From: Batkoa obscura
Taxonomy: Eukaryota
Assembly: GCA_030770535.1 (NCBI GenBank)
Contig: JASVEC010000165.1
Coordinates: forward strand, 1-38,480
Direction: 5' to 3'
Length of the DNA: 38,480 nt
Under the pieces are notes generated by a model. The model made no database searches. It saw nothing but the letters and a program-made list of their open reading frames with translations, and was not told the origin of the DNA. Positions 1-11,983 of the stretch are shown piece by piece; the first letter of the stretch is position 1; each line of letters opens with the position of its first letter. Both the position numbers and the translations under genes were made by a program.

Positions 1-240
1 TTTTAAATTTTATTAAATCAATAAATATAACTTTTTGTGAATGTTTAAACAAACTGAATCTACACAAAATAGTCCTAAAATTTAGTTCTTTTATAATATT
101 AAAAATTAGCCATACTAATTAAATGAATATAAATATATATATTTTAGTACTGTTTTATTTATTTATTTAATCCTTATATATTAAAATAATGTAACTAAAT
201 TGGTAATTTGAAATTTAGCTTTTAGAGCCTAGCTACAGAT

Positions 241-336
241 GAGGCCATATTTTTTTGTCTAAGAATTTTACTAGCAATCTTTCCGCTCAAATAGCGCTTA
301 AAAATGAAAAAAGTGATGAAACTAAAAAATATCTTC
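241..336 (-). mobile_element. ~98-bp MITE family copy 1 (degenerate termini)
   Basis: Core AAGAATTTTACTAGCAATCTTTCCGCTCAAATAGCGCTTAAAAATGAAAAAAGTGATGAAAC matches the reverse complement of the family consensus; flanks AGAT/AGGT. Confidence 0.8.
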
Positions 337-1990
337 AGGTGTTGCAACTCTATCGTACTTAATTAACTGTTAATTCAGTAATATAGTTTTGCTAAAATCA
401 GATTATGATTGAAGGTTAGACATTAAAAAAATGAAGTAACAAATAAGTGACTCTAAAAATTACCACAGACCAGATTGCAATAGAGTTGCAAGGGCTAACA
501 TTGTTGTTATTGGCGTTGTCTGGATTATCTATACGATTTCCAATAAATTTTATTAAAAAATGGTTTTATCCCACCTATAGTATTGAGAATAGTTAGGAAA
601 TATCGGGAACAATCTTCGAAGAATTCTTGTATATCCAGCACTGTACTAAACTCTAAAAAGAATAATATGATGACTTTCAGTTTAATTTCGACTGGTGTTC
701 CACCTTTCATAACCTATTTCCTTTACTATTTTATAGACTTATTGTTTTAAATAAATAAACCTTTTGTATGGAAAATAATCAAAAAAGGATAACTATTTAT
801 CTCAAAGTTTAAAACTGTAAACCAAACTGGACTCTGATCTTCTCTATTACACTGGCAATTAAACTTTTCTTGGCCAACTACATCCTAAAAAAATGTTTCG
901 GATTTTTATTTGAATTTTAAGTTAACTTTAATCTGGATCATATCAGTTGAAAATCTGATTTCTTATATTTTCCCCTTAAAATCTTTTATTTAAAACGGGT
1001 TATTGTTTTTTTCATAAAAAACATATTAAACTCAAAGGAAATATGATTGTTTTAAACATAATAATAACTACTAATTATCAAAGTTAATAACCTTATTTAT
1101 TAACGTGCTATCAGAAAAGAATAGCTTTGTTATTAGAAACTATTATCTTTTTATCTTTTTAAAGCTTTATTGATGATTAGATCATTATCATAACTTCTAT
1201 TAAGCCCTAATATGAGGTTGATAAGTATATAAATATGTTGAATTATCACTTTTATTTCAAGAAGAAAAGGGATATCTTATCAAAAATAAGAGCCGAGTTG
1301 TAGTATAAGATAAGTTTAATCAATTTAATAACAATTAAGCTCATAAACTCAATTTAGTGAATTTTTTGCATAAAGAATAATTTTTAATCTTGGAATTAAA
1401 ACAACTGCGAATAACGCTTATTAAATTTTGTGGTTTATTGATAATAGAAATTAATTTGATGAGATTGTAGTTTTTTTATTGAATGTGTTTGAACTAGTGC
1501 TATAAATAAAACCATACTATTTTAGTTTTATTGTTACTATTATTAAACTGAAATATAATATTTCGAAAAAGCAACGATATTGATAGGTGGAACAAGTCAT
1601 AAAAATAAATAAATAAATAATAGCAAATCGATAATAGATAATAATGATAATATTGACTATTGTTGTAACCCATTTATTTTAATATTACTTAAACTATTTT
1701 TAACAAATTATCTAAATGAATGATATCATATTCGAAAGCAGCTTTAAATTTCAACCTACAAAATTATGGCTTATTTTATTGGAAGATAAGAAACTTTGGG
1801 GAAGGAGGATAGCTATTAGGCTCAAACTAAAGTTTTATTAAGAAAATAGATATCAACTCAGCCCCTGAAAAAAGATAAAAAAATAACAACGATTAGTAAT
1901 AAATAGAATAACAAAGTATATAAGTAGTGATAAATCAGATAAAAGTATAACTAAATTTTTATTTAATCAAAATAACTAAGTAAATTGATA

Positions 1991-2560
1991 ATGCAGTTAG
2001 AGATAGACGCCAACTCTCAATTGTTGCCTAGATATAGCGCTTTACCTATAGCTGGAGATGTAAGCTTAAGTCCAAGTGGATATATTCTCAGTAAAAAGAT
2101 ACAGGATGGAAGTTATGTGGTGTTAAACATAAGGAATCAATATTTTCATACTATATATACACTTAACTTTATGAGTGGAGAGCCAATCATTTTAATAGAC
2201 CATAATAGTTTCGAGAGTATGGAACTAAAATATCAAACAAAACTTTATAAAAAAATTATCCGATTAAAGTTAAACAAAGGGTCAAATGAAGAGATGGAAG
2301 TGAGTATAAGGTTACCAAATATGTTCAAATCAAATTGCAAGATTCGATTTTTGAATCAAGATGTTACTTATTATTGGACACCGAGGTCCATCTCAAGGTG
2401 GTATTTGACTGCAAAGGGAAGTGAAAATTGGTTAGCTACGTACCAAGATGATAAAAAATGTCAGACATTTGGTAAAATTGAATTGCTTGAAAGTATTTCT
2501 AATTATCATCATGATTTGTTAGCCAGTATTATGGCTTTAGTTCGATTTAAATCTATTTAA
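1991..2560 (+). CDS. Hypothetical protein (~189 aa), intronless; beta-rich, possibly LURP-one/scramblase-like or DUF6593-like fold
   Basis: Open frame from ATG 1991 to TAA 2560 with higher GC than the flanks; fold guess only from motifs such as YYWTPR...WYL...WLATY...GKIEL. Confidence 0.6.
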   Translation: MQLEIDANSQLLPRYSALPIAGDVSLSPSGYILSKKIQDGSYVVLNIRNQYFHTIYTLNFMSGEPIILIDHNSFESMELKYQTKLYKKIIRLKLNKGSNEEMEVSIRLPNMFKSNCKIRFLNQDVTYYWTPRSISRWYLTAKGSENWLATYQDDKKCQTFGKIELLESISNYHHDLLASIMALVRFKSI

Positions 2561-3518
2561 TAATATTTATATAAACAAATAAAAATACATGTATAATTTT
2601 TAAATAGTGTTTTAGCTTCGGTTTTATTTCATTATTAACATTAAACTTGAGTATGTAAAAAAGCAATTATGAAATTATTGGTTTAACTTTGATTAAACAT
2701 TATAAAATTTTAATAGAACTATTTTAATTAAATTTCTTTAAAATAGCAAAATCAACAATTAAGCCCAAATTTAATAAAATTAAAATGCCCAAAATAAAAA
2801 TAAACCAAATTTAGAAGTTGCTAAATCCACTATTTTACAAGTTTATTCTAGCTTGAAATTTACCAAGCTTAAGCTTCACCTATTCATTAATTTTACTTAA
2901 TTTTATGTTTTGAGTTACTATATTTATAACAAGTAACAAATAAAAACAATTGCCTCTATTTAAACTTAATTTCACTTACTTCGATACTATCAATACAATG
3001 ACATCATTATTATTATGAAATAATTTTCTATCTTTCCAAGTACTTGAAGTTTTAAGATATCAATCTATAAAGAGGAGTAGTAAAGCTAAACTATTATCAA
3101 ATACTGCTCTCTACCTTCTTTCAGCTAGTTCTTTCCTTTAAAATCAATGATTTCAGGAACCCACCTAATAAGTTTGTGCTTTCATGAATATAAATAAAGG
3201 GACTATTTGTTATTGATTTATACTAGCAATAGTAATCGATTGATTTTTATATTAAATCTAGTTTTATTTTCAATGTGATAGTGTATATTTTGAAAGCGAT
3301 TGGCTAAATTTATATTTAATTTAATGAGCTTAATCTTACAATTAATGAAAATCCAAGTGATGAACAGTAAGTAAAAATAAAGATTTAATAATGTTATAAA
3401 TAAATTGTAGATCAATTAAGAGAATGAAGAGAGACAAAAAGTATAAATAATACTAAAATATTAATTAAAAAGAAAGTTTATTTTAAAGTTATTGACATTA
3501 AGTTTGGAAAATTAAAAT

Positions 3519-4397
3519 ATGGAGGATTGTTATAAAATTGTCGTATTAGGTGATGGTGGTGTTGGTAAGGTAAAATTTTAGCCATTGTTTGTAAAGTTGC
3601 TAATATTAGTTTTTAATTTCAATCTAACTTAGACCTCACTTACTATTCAGGTATATTAACATACATTGTTCATAAAAAATTAATACTTATTTTTAATCAT
3701 ACTCATAAATACGATAGCTTTGCTTAAATCATTTCGTTGGTAAGCTAATACAAACTTATAAATTGATAATAGCTAATAATACTGTTTATTGATTTTATAT
3801 ATTATGATTCATTAATTAGATGTAATTTACCTTAATCATTATTTAACTAAAAATTAAACAAAAGTTGATAGACTTATGATCCTACTATTGAAGATTCATA
3901 TAGAAAACAAATTGAATTAGATGGAGAGCCATGTGTATTAGAAATTCTTGATACTGCTGGGCAGGAGGAATATACCGCATTAAGAGATCAATGGATTAGG
4001 TTATACAATAATTATTAAATAAATAGCTGATTACTAATAATTAAATAGGGATGGAGAAGGATTTGTATTAGTGTATTCAGTAACGATTCGTACTTCTTTT
4101 GAACGTCTAGAGAAATTCCGTGATCAAGTTACGAGGGTCAAGGATACAGATGACGTACCTATAGTTATAGTAGGAAATAAATGTGATTGTGAAGATTTGA
4201 GAGAGGTGCCCAAGGAAGAGGGGTCGGAAAACGCAGAAAGATTAGGATGTAAATTTATTGAAGCTTCTGCAAAAACTTCTTTAAATGTGGAAGAACCCTT
4301 TTACGAAGTAGCTAGAATGCTTAGAGCCAGAGCTCGTGGAGAAACACTCGAAGATGAAGTACCAGTAAAAAAGAAGGGCAAATGTTTAGTACTGTAA
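3519..4397 (+). CDS. ras2: Ras small GTPase, fungal Ras2/RasB type (189 aa, 6 exons: 3519-3569, 3633-3650, 3718-3739, 3820-3821, 3872-3999, 4049-4397)
   Basis: Spliced translation gives [71 protein letters not shown] and a C-terminal CAAX (CLVL); all introns are GT-AG. Confidence 0.95.
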
Positions 4398-4893
4398 TTC
4401 ATGTTTCTATATTATATAGTCATTTATTCTACATTTATTTAAAAAATGAAAATAAAATAATTGTTTATAAGAGCGAGTTTTTTAATATTGATAGTTAACT
4501 TATCGAAGTTTAAAAAGATAATGTTATATTGTAAAGTTTAAGAAAAAAGTCTTTGATTTCTAATTATTGTAGATACAACAATATATTATAGCTATCAGTA
4601 AATATTGCTTATTATTACAAAATCTAAACATTTTATCTAAATTTGTCATCATTGATTTGAAGAGTTATTCAAACAAAATACACCAAGCTAATATTGAAAT
4701 ATTCTTTTAATATTCAATTAGAACATAAAATTTAGGTTTTAGGTTTAAAAAGACATTCTTTTTGTTAGGATTTCATTTTGTATCACTAATAAAGCCACCA
4801 ATTAAACCAATGTTTTTTTAATGAGTTGTTTAGTAGTTATTCAAACTTTTAGTTGATAAGTTTAGAATTTAGTTTTTCTTAAAATTACAAAGT

Positions 4894-5775
4894 ATGCTGC
4901 TAAACTATTTTTTGATATTATATAGTCTATTATTTATCATAGCTGAGACACAGGTAATTATAAAGAATAATAATTTAAAAATGTGATAATTTGATTTTTG
5001 AAGTTAGAAACATTAACTAATTCAGATTGGACCATTAATTTATATTTGACAAAAATTAAAAAACAATATGCAAGTATTAAACTAGATAAACAAATAAATC
5101 AAGATGATAATACGGAGAAATATTTTACAAGCGTTCAATACAATGAGGAGTTTAATAAGGATTCTGAAATAGATAATGACACTCCAATTGAAGTTGTTGC
5201 ACAATCAACACAAGCTAATTATACCCTAGGTTTTAATGTTTTAAAGGTAATAAATTCATTGATTTTATGCTATTTTTATTTATTTATTAGTGTCAATCAC
5301 CTTGTAGTTTTGATTTTGTTATTTATTTAAATAACGAAGGTAAGTGATAGGAGCTATTTTAAATAATAGTATGCTTATTTTTTTAGGTTATCCACAATCT
5401 TTTAACTTTGATCAAATCAGTTCGAATTTTGTATATGACCAAACTAAAGTAATAGCTTATCTACTTGTTATTATGTTTTAGTAAATTAAATTTTAGAACC
5501 AAGACTTACCACTATCAATTTCACGTTCAGAAGTAAAATTCATACCATTGGGTCCAAGGTAAGTCTAGCTAATATATAAACATAGTTCAGGTTAACCATT
5601 TGTTTTTATAAGTCCAATTCTATTCAATGACTATTATGACGAATTTTTAGCGAGTAAAAAGAAGGAAGAAGGTAGTTCGTTTATAATGAAATATTGGTAT
5701 ATTATTATACCCGCTTTCTTAATCATGTCCGCGATTGGGGGTGGGGAAGAAAGCACGGGCGAAAAGAAAGATTAA
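4894..5775 (+). CDS. EMC10: ER membrane protein complex subunit 10-like type I membrane protein (about 6 exons; internal junctions approximate)
   Basis: Signal peptide MLLNYFLILYSLLFIIAETQ; GT-AG introns join the frames; last exon ...SSFIMKYWYIIIPAFLIMSAIGGGEE resembles the EMC10 SF-x-KYW transmembrane motif. Confidence 0.65.
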
Positions 5776-6112
5776 TTGGGTTAAACTCATATCATTATAA
5801 ATAAATATGAGAGACTATCAAAGTACTGTGGGATCTTGAAAAGTATTTTTTCCTTTTTTTTGTATACTCAAATTTACTTTTAGTTCAACTATCATTTACA
5901 TTACCATTTACACTCCTTGTTGAAATTGCTTGAATGCTTTGGTTTTCTAAGTTTTTTTATAGCAGCTTGAGCGATATTAAATAAAAACGTTATCTCACAC
6001 AATACGATAAATCCCAGCTTTCAATGTATTTATTGAATATATTATAGTTACGTTGGGTAAACGTCGAAAAAAGATAAAGAAATTGACGGGCTAGTTCTTT
6101 AATAAAACATTT

Positions 6113-6211
6113 GGGGACGTTTTTTTTGGTTTCATTACTTTTTCCATTTTTTAAGCGTTATTTGAGCGGAAAAATTAGTAGTAAAATTCTTAAACACAAA
6201 AATACATCCCT
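6113..6211 (+). mobile_element. MITE copy 2
   Basis: GGGGACG...CATCCCT, 99 bp, TSD ATTT on both sides. Confidence 0.92.
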
Positions 6212-7288
6212 ATTTCTTTAAATTGCCTAATGATTTTTGCTTAAAAAGTAAGTAGCCATCTTACTTTTGAAATCAATTTTCATTTAGTTATAGGAGTTAC
6301 TAACTAGATAAATCAACTTTAAAATAGAATATTAAATATCAAATATCAACCTGTTAATAGTTTAAATTAAAGCAGAATCAAAATTAAGGTTCCTGATTAA
6401 TATTTTGTCAACTTTATCTCAACTCTAATGCCAACTTTAATATAACCATAGCACTAAAACTAGTCTAAATGTTAGTGCTCAGGTGTTTTTTTAGCAATTT
6501 TTAGCTCATAGTATAGTTTTTCTATACAAAAAATTAGCTTAAAATATAGGAATTTATATACTAGCATGACTTACCCTTCTACTATTGTTATTAATTTGTA
6601 ATTTGTAATTAATGAACAGCTATATTAAGTTGGTATTGATTATAAATAAAGATCTTAGTAATATAACCCGTTACAGAAAATTTTGATAGAAAAAACTATA
6701 TAATTACAATAAATTTAATGAAGTTAGCATAACTTTCCATGAACTTTGATTTGATTTTTTTGTCAGAAAATTGACCAGCTTTGAAACCACTTGGGGTATA
6801 CAATTTAGAATATTAGCAATCTCAACAGTATAGCATTTTTAATAAAGTAATATACGAAACATTATAGCGACGTTATACGATTTCGATATACATTTTTACT
6901 TTCTATACTTTTATTTTATACTATAATAGGGTTTTACCTACAATAGAAATCTATTATTTTTTGAATATCTTAAAATATTTACAAGTTCAGATGCTTTTTG
7001 GTCAATTGATCTATAGCGAATGTGTATAAATGCAATTTCCTGTTTATCATAACTATCTGATTTTAATTTATTTTTATAGTGTATACCAAGGAATATTTAA
7101 ATAAGTCTTAATTAATACTACTAGAAAATAACTAAGGAAATATTGCTTACTTTTAAAATTCCTGGAAGGGTGGGAAGCACCTAAAAGGTTTATTCAAATT
7201 AAAAAAAACGAAAGAAATCCAGTAAAAATAGAAAAAAGTGGCAACTAGGATGGAATGGATAGTAAAAGCAAGATGAAAATAATTAAAT

Positions 7289-7375
7289 GGAGATGCTTTT
7301 TTTATTTTATAATTTTTTCCATTTTTCAAGCGCTATTTGAGTAGAATAGCTGTTAGTAAAATTTTTAAACAAATA
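7289..7375 (+). mobile_element. MITE copy 3 (3' terminus lost)
   Basis: GGAGATG...TTCCATTTTTCAAGCGCTATTTGAG...GTTAGTAAAATTTTTAAAC. Confidence 0.75.
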
Positions 7376-7399
7376 ACTTTTTGATATATTTTGCTTTAC

Positions 7400-7495
7400 G
7401 AGGATGTTTTTTTTGTCTAGGAATTTTACTAACAATCCTTCTACTCAAATAGCGCTCAAAAAATGGAAAAGTAAGGGAATCAAAAAAACATCCGC
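7400..7495 (-). mobile_element. MITE copy 4
   Basis: GAGGATG...CATCCGC; flanks TTAC/TTAT; inverted relative to copy 3. Confidence 0.85.
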
Positions 7496-7497
7496 TT

Positions 7498-8290
7498 ATG
7501 TTAATTTAAAAATTGTTCAGTTTTTAGTACTTTACTTAGTTTACTAAGTATTGTACAGTGGTTTGAGGAAGTTACAAATGATGATTGGAGTCATTCAAAA
7601 AGTACACATATATTGTAAATGGATACTAATTTTAGTACAGATATAATTGATTCTTATTTTATAATTCAATTGAAACATAAAGTAGAACCCATATCATATG
7701 AAAGTTTTCCACTGCCTAGTTTAGTTGGACCAGTTGGCGTATCTGGTAGAACAAGGGGTAAATTTTCAGTTGAAACAGGATCAAATCTAATTCATCAATT
7801 ATAAAAATGTTTGAAACTATATCGTTTAATACTAAACCAAGTATGAAAGAAACAATCCAGAAAGGTGGAGCATATTGTTAACTCCTAGTGGGAACAGTGG
7901 TATTGAAAATTAATTACATGCCCAGAGTTTATTGAAGATTATAAAAAGTTGATAGCAAAATCCAAAGTTATTTTTACAGTATGTACTGGATCCTTTGTGT
8001 TGGCTAAAACTGGGTTAATAAATGGGTTTAAAGCGACAACAAATAAATTACTCTATCCAAAGATAACTCCACTTTATCCGAACGTTGAATGGGAACCGAA
8101 TGCTCGTTGGATTCATCATCGTCAGTTTATTACTTCATCCGGGGTTACTGCTGGTATAGATGCGGCTTTTTATATATTAGCTTTGGCTAAAAATATTGAT
8201 GAGGCTAAAAAATTCTCAAAGATTCTAGAATATTTACCAGATTGGGATCCAGATAATGATCCATTTGCTTTCAATGTTACGAACGTTTGA
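7498..8290 (+). pseudogene. DJ-1/PfpI paralog: degenerate 5' half, 3' 364 bp identical to the intact inverted copy
   Basis: 5' part homologous but diverged (DDWSHSK, same intron site, IIDSYF, LVGP) with a stop and frameshifts; 7906-8269 is the reverse complement of 9130-9493. Confidence 0.8.
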
Positions 8291-9105
8291 TAAATCCTCT
8301 CATGTGAATGTTTAGTGATTTTTAGATGTTGAAGCTTGGGCTATTGATAAATATCGTTTACAATGTTTCTAATACTAACTGGGTTTTGTTACATATTGTC
8401 CAATGGATCATTCGCAGTCTAGTCTTGATCTATCCACATTTAACCTAAAATATTTAGATAATCAAATTTAATTCACTAGAACAGTTTGCAGTTAAATGTC
8501 ATTCATTATTTTTAATTTAGGGTCAAATAAATTTTATGAACCCAAAAATATAAGAGAATGTAATTCTTAAATTCCAATTAAAAAACTCCGCCATATCAAA
8601 ATATACGAAAGACATCCGACTGGGAGGTACTCTATCTAATAAGTATTTATTTTTAAAACGTTGATCATTTAACGAAAAAATCTGAGGTAAAAGTAAATTT
8701 TGAGTAGCGTTATTGAGAATCTCAGTTTATATAAACTACTAGGTTGTTCGAAATGCTCTAGTACAAATCTATGTGTATAAAAAACCATTAATTTTTGATT
8801 GCAATAGTGAATTTTTCTCAGCAGTAAAAGGATAGTATTTTGTATTTTAGGTCAAATTCTTAAATGATGCTGCAATCAATAATTAGCTTATTTTTTGACA
8901 AAGATGAATTTGTACTGAAATGTTTTGAACAACCTAATATAAAAATTGTTTGATGTTTCATTTTGTTGTTTTATTATAAAAAGGTAAACGCGCTTTTCTT
9001 ACAAATGTACAAAGGTTATTATAATAATTCAAATAGTTGTTTTAATAAAAAAAGAAAAAAAGAAAAAAAGAAAACGTCAAATAATTTTGATAGCATATGT
9101 GTATT

Positions 9106-9906
9106 TTATTTTGCATTTGTAACATTAACAGCAAATGGATCATTATCTGGATCCCAATCTGGTAAATATTCTAGAATCTTTGAGAATTTTTTAGCCTCAT
9201 CAATATTTTTAGCCAAAGCTAATATATAAAAAGCCGCATCTATACCAGCAGTAACCCCGGATGAAGTAATAAACTGACGATGATGAATCCAACGAGCATT
9301 CGGTTCCCATTCAACGTTCGGATAAAGTGGAGTTATCTTTGGATAGAGTAATTTATTTGTTGTCGCTTTAAACCCATTTATTAACCCAGTTTTAGCCAAC
9401 ACAAAGGATCCAGTACATACTGTAAAAATAACTTTGGATTTTGCTATCAACTTTTTATAATCTTCAATAAACTCTGGGCATGTAATTAATTTTTCAGTAC
9501 CTTTATGACCACCAGGCATTATTACTATATCCCAGTCTCTCTGAATTGCTTCTTTCATACTCAAATTATTTTTAAACGATAGTGTTTGAAATATTGGTTT
9601 GATCGTTGAATTAGAGCGTATTCCTATCGTTTCGATTTCAAACTTACCATTTGCGTCCCCTAATACCTCAAGTGGTCCAACTAAATCTAACATTACAAAG
9701 TCATCAAACAATATTGCACCTACCTTATATTTCAGTTGACTTGGAAAATAGGAATCAATTATATCTATAATCGAGATATTATTATATATGGAGAATACAT
9801 TTTACACATGTTTACTTTTTGAATGACTCCAATCACCATTTGAAGTTTCGTCAGAGCAATATACGATGTATAATAAAGCAGAGAAAATTTTTAATAAACG
9901 AATCAT
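9106..9906 (-). CDS. DJ-1/PfpI family protein, isocyanide hydratase (InhA)-like, with predicted signal peptide (249 aa; intron 9765-9815)
   Basis: KVGAILFDDFVMLDLVGPLEVL, DIVIMPGG, nucleophile elbow VCTGS, ATTN, TSSGVTAGID; exon 1 MIRLLKIFSALLYIVYCSDETS. Confidence 0.9.
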
Positions 9907-10039
9907 CTGTAAATGAAATAAAATAAAATAAAATAAAATAAATAAAAACTTGACATTTATAGTTTATAGTTTTTGATTGATTACTAATCATTCTATTTTT
10001 TTTCTTGCGCCCACACTCCCTTATTCACTCATACTTTCC

Positions 10040-10108
10040 CTATTTGTTCTATTTGTTCTATTTGTTCTATTTGTTCTATTTGTTCTATTTGTTCTATTTG
10101 TTCTATTT
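10040..10108. repeat. Tandem 9-mer (CTATTTGTT) x ~7.7
   Basis: Perfect tandem array read directly, about 130 bp upstream of the DJ-1 start; an (AAAAT)n tract also lies at ~9916-9947. Confidence 0.95.
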
Positions 10109-10616
10109 ATCACAACCCTTACATTATTGTTTCATTGCTAGATCATTTCTTACTATATAGTCTATTAAAAATTAATTAAAAAATACATACTATAGTAAGT
10201 AAAATTGACCTTTGGCTATTTAAATAAGCTTAATGAAAATGAACCATTTGGATCTACAACTGCTTTCAGAGATTACTTTTAAACTTAAACTATAGCTTTG
10301 CTGTGAATAAAATCAAAAGCTGGTAAAAAATGACAGCTTGGATAATATAATGACTTGTAGTGCTATTATTAGTGCTAACATCATCATTTTATTGAATTGA
10401 TATACTCTCTATTTATCAAAAGTTAAATACATGTGTGGTTTAACTAGATCGAATAATCCAAAAATTATAAATTAAATAGTCATAGAAACAATAATAATGA
10501 AAAGATAGTGACATTGGCAATGCAAGTGTTTACATCGACTGTAAAAGCATTGTTATCTGCAAATAATATTTAAACATTCATATATATAATATAGCATCAA
10601 TTATAAATAAATATAT

Positions 10617-10713
10617 GGGAATGCATTTATTTGTTTAAGAATTTTACTAACAATCTTTCCACTCAAATAGCGCTTAAAAAATGGAAAAGTAATGAAATCA
10701 AAAAAACATCCCC
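10617..10713 (-). mobile_element. MITE copy 5
   Basis: GGGAATG...CATCCCC, TSD ATAT. Confidence 0.92.
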
Positions 10714-10930
10714 ATATTGTAATCAATATTTCCTATAATAATTATTAATAGTAACTAAAGAAAATTGTAAATGACATTTGATGTAATGTTTAGTTTTAAA
10801 TCAGCGACTTAATATAGATTAATAAACATTTGAAGGATGTATAGATACTATGTATTAATCAAGTTTACTCAAAAAATTAGAATATGGCTTAAATAAAACT
10901 CTAATAATAAAGATAATAATTTATTAAGGT

Positions 10931-11983
10931 TTAATTGTTAAGTACAACTCTGTATCTGACTTTACCATCACGTACCAATTTTATAGCTTCATTACATTTA
11001 TCCATAGGATATTTTTCAATCCAAGGATAAACTTTATGCTTTGCTGCAAAATCCAACATTTTTCGAATTTGATCAGGAGAGCCAATAATGGATCCACCAA
11101 TACCAAGATTTTTTTGTAATAAAGTATCAGGATGAAGAGTAATATTTGCTTCTGGATCTGCCAACAAGATGATTCTACCATCAAAATCCATCCAATTTGC
11201 AAAGGCATTCCATTGAGTATCTTTAGCATTACTGGTTACAATAAGATAGTTCAATGTGTTTTTAATTTTAGCAGACTCCCCTTCATTACCGTGAGCAATG
11301 AAATGTTTAGCTCCCATCTTTTTAGCGTCTTCTTCTTTAGAATGGGAGTGGGACAAAGCATACACTTCACATCCCAAAGCATTAGCAAATTGAATAGCCA
11401 AATGACCTAAACCTCCAATTCCAAGTACACCAACTTTATCACCTGCTTTAAATCCTTGTTGAATCATAGGAGTATATACAGTAGCACCAGCACATAACAA
11501 AGAAGCTGCATAGTCCGAAGGTATACTTTCTGGTATATGAAATACAAAATCTTGCTGAACTCTAATAGCTTCAGCATACCCACCATAAGTTTTTGAGCCA
11601 TCAATGAACCTTCTAGAACCATAGGTCAACCCCATTTTTACACAATGGGTTTGACGCTGGCGTTTACAGGCATAGCAATCCTCACTCATACAGGCGCAAC
11701 ATTGGGCTCCTACTCCTACCCTATCCCCTAACTTAAAGTCTTTTACCTCTGGACCTAATGCTGTTACTTCTCCTATAATTTCATGTCCTACAATGGTAGG
11801 GTAATCGGTTGGTCCCCATCCGCTATCTAAAGTATGGATATCTGAACCGCAAACACCACAGTGAGATATTCTAATCTCAATATCATTGGGCTGGAGAGGA
11901 GCTGGATCATATGTAAATTTGACTAATTTTTCACCAATTCCATGGCATGCATAACCACTGATTTTATTGAATTTGGTATTCAT
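10931..11983 (-). CDS. NADP-dependent Zn alcohol dehydrogenase, cinnamyl-ADH/ADH6-like (350 aa)
   Basis: CGVCGSDIH, GHEIIG, structural Zn C-x2-C...C...C, GIGGLGHL Rossmann motif, C-terminal RYRVVL. Confidence 0.95.
   Translation of the reverse strand: MNTKFNKISGYACHGIGEKLVKFTYDPAPLQPNDIEIRISHCGVCGSDIHTLDSGWGPTDYPTIVGHEIIGEVTALGPEVKDFKLGDRVGVGAQCCACMSEDCYACKRQRQTHCVKMGLTYGSRRFIDGSKTYGGYAEAIRVQQDFVFHIPESIPSDYAASLLCAGATVYTPMIQQGFKAGDKVGVLGIGGLGHLAIQFANALGCEVYALSHSHSKEEDAKKMGAKHFIAHGNEGESAKIKNTLNYLIVTSNAKDTQWNAFANWMDFDGRIILLADPEANITLHPDTLLQKNLGIGGSIIGSPDQIRKMLDFAAKHKVYPWIEKYPMDKCNEAIKLVRDGKVRYRVVLNN

Noticed and set aside
525..710. Short ORFs at 525-710, 3218-3415, 13579-13767, 17685-17879, 18881-19063 and 23380-23595
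   Set aside because: No recognisable motifs; expected by chance in AT-rich DNA; one overlaps a MITE and one is antisense to the CYP relic
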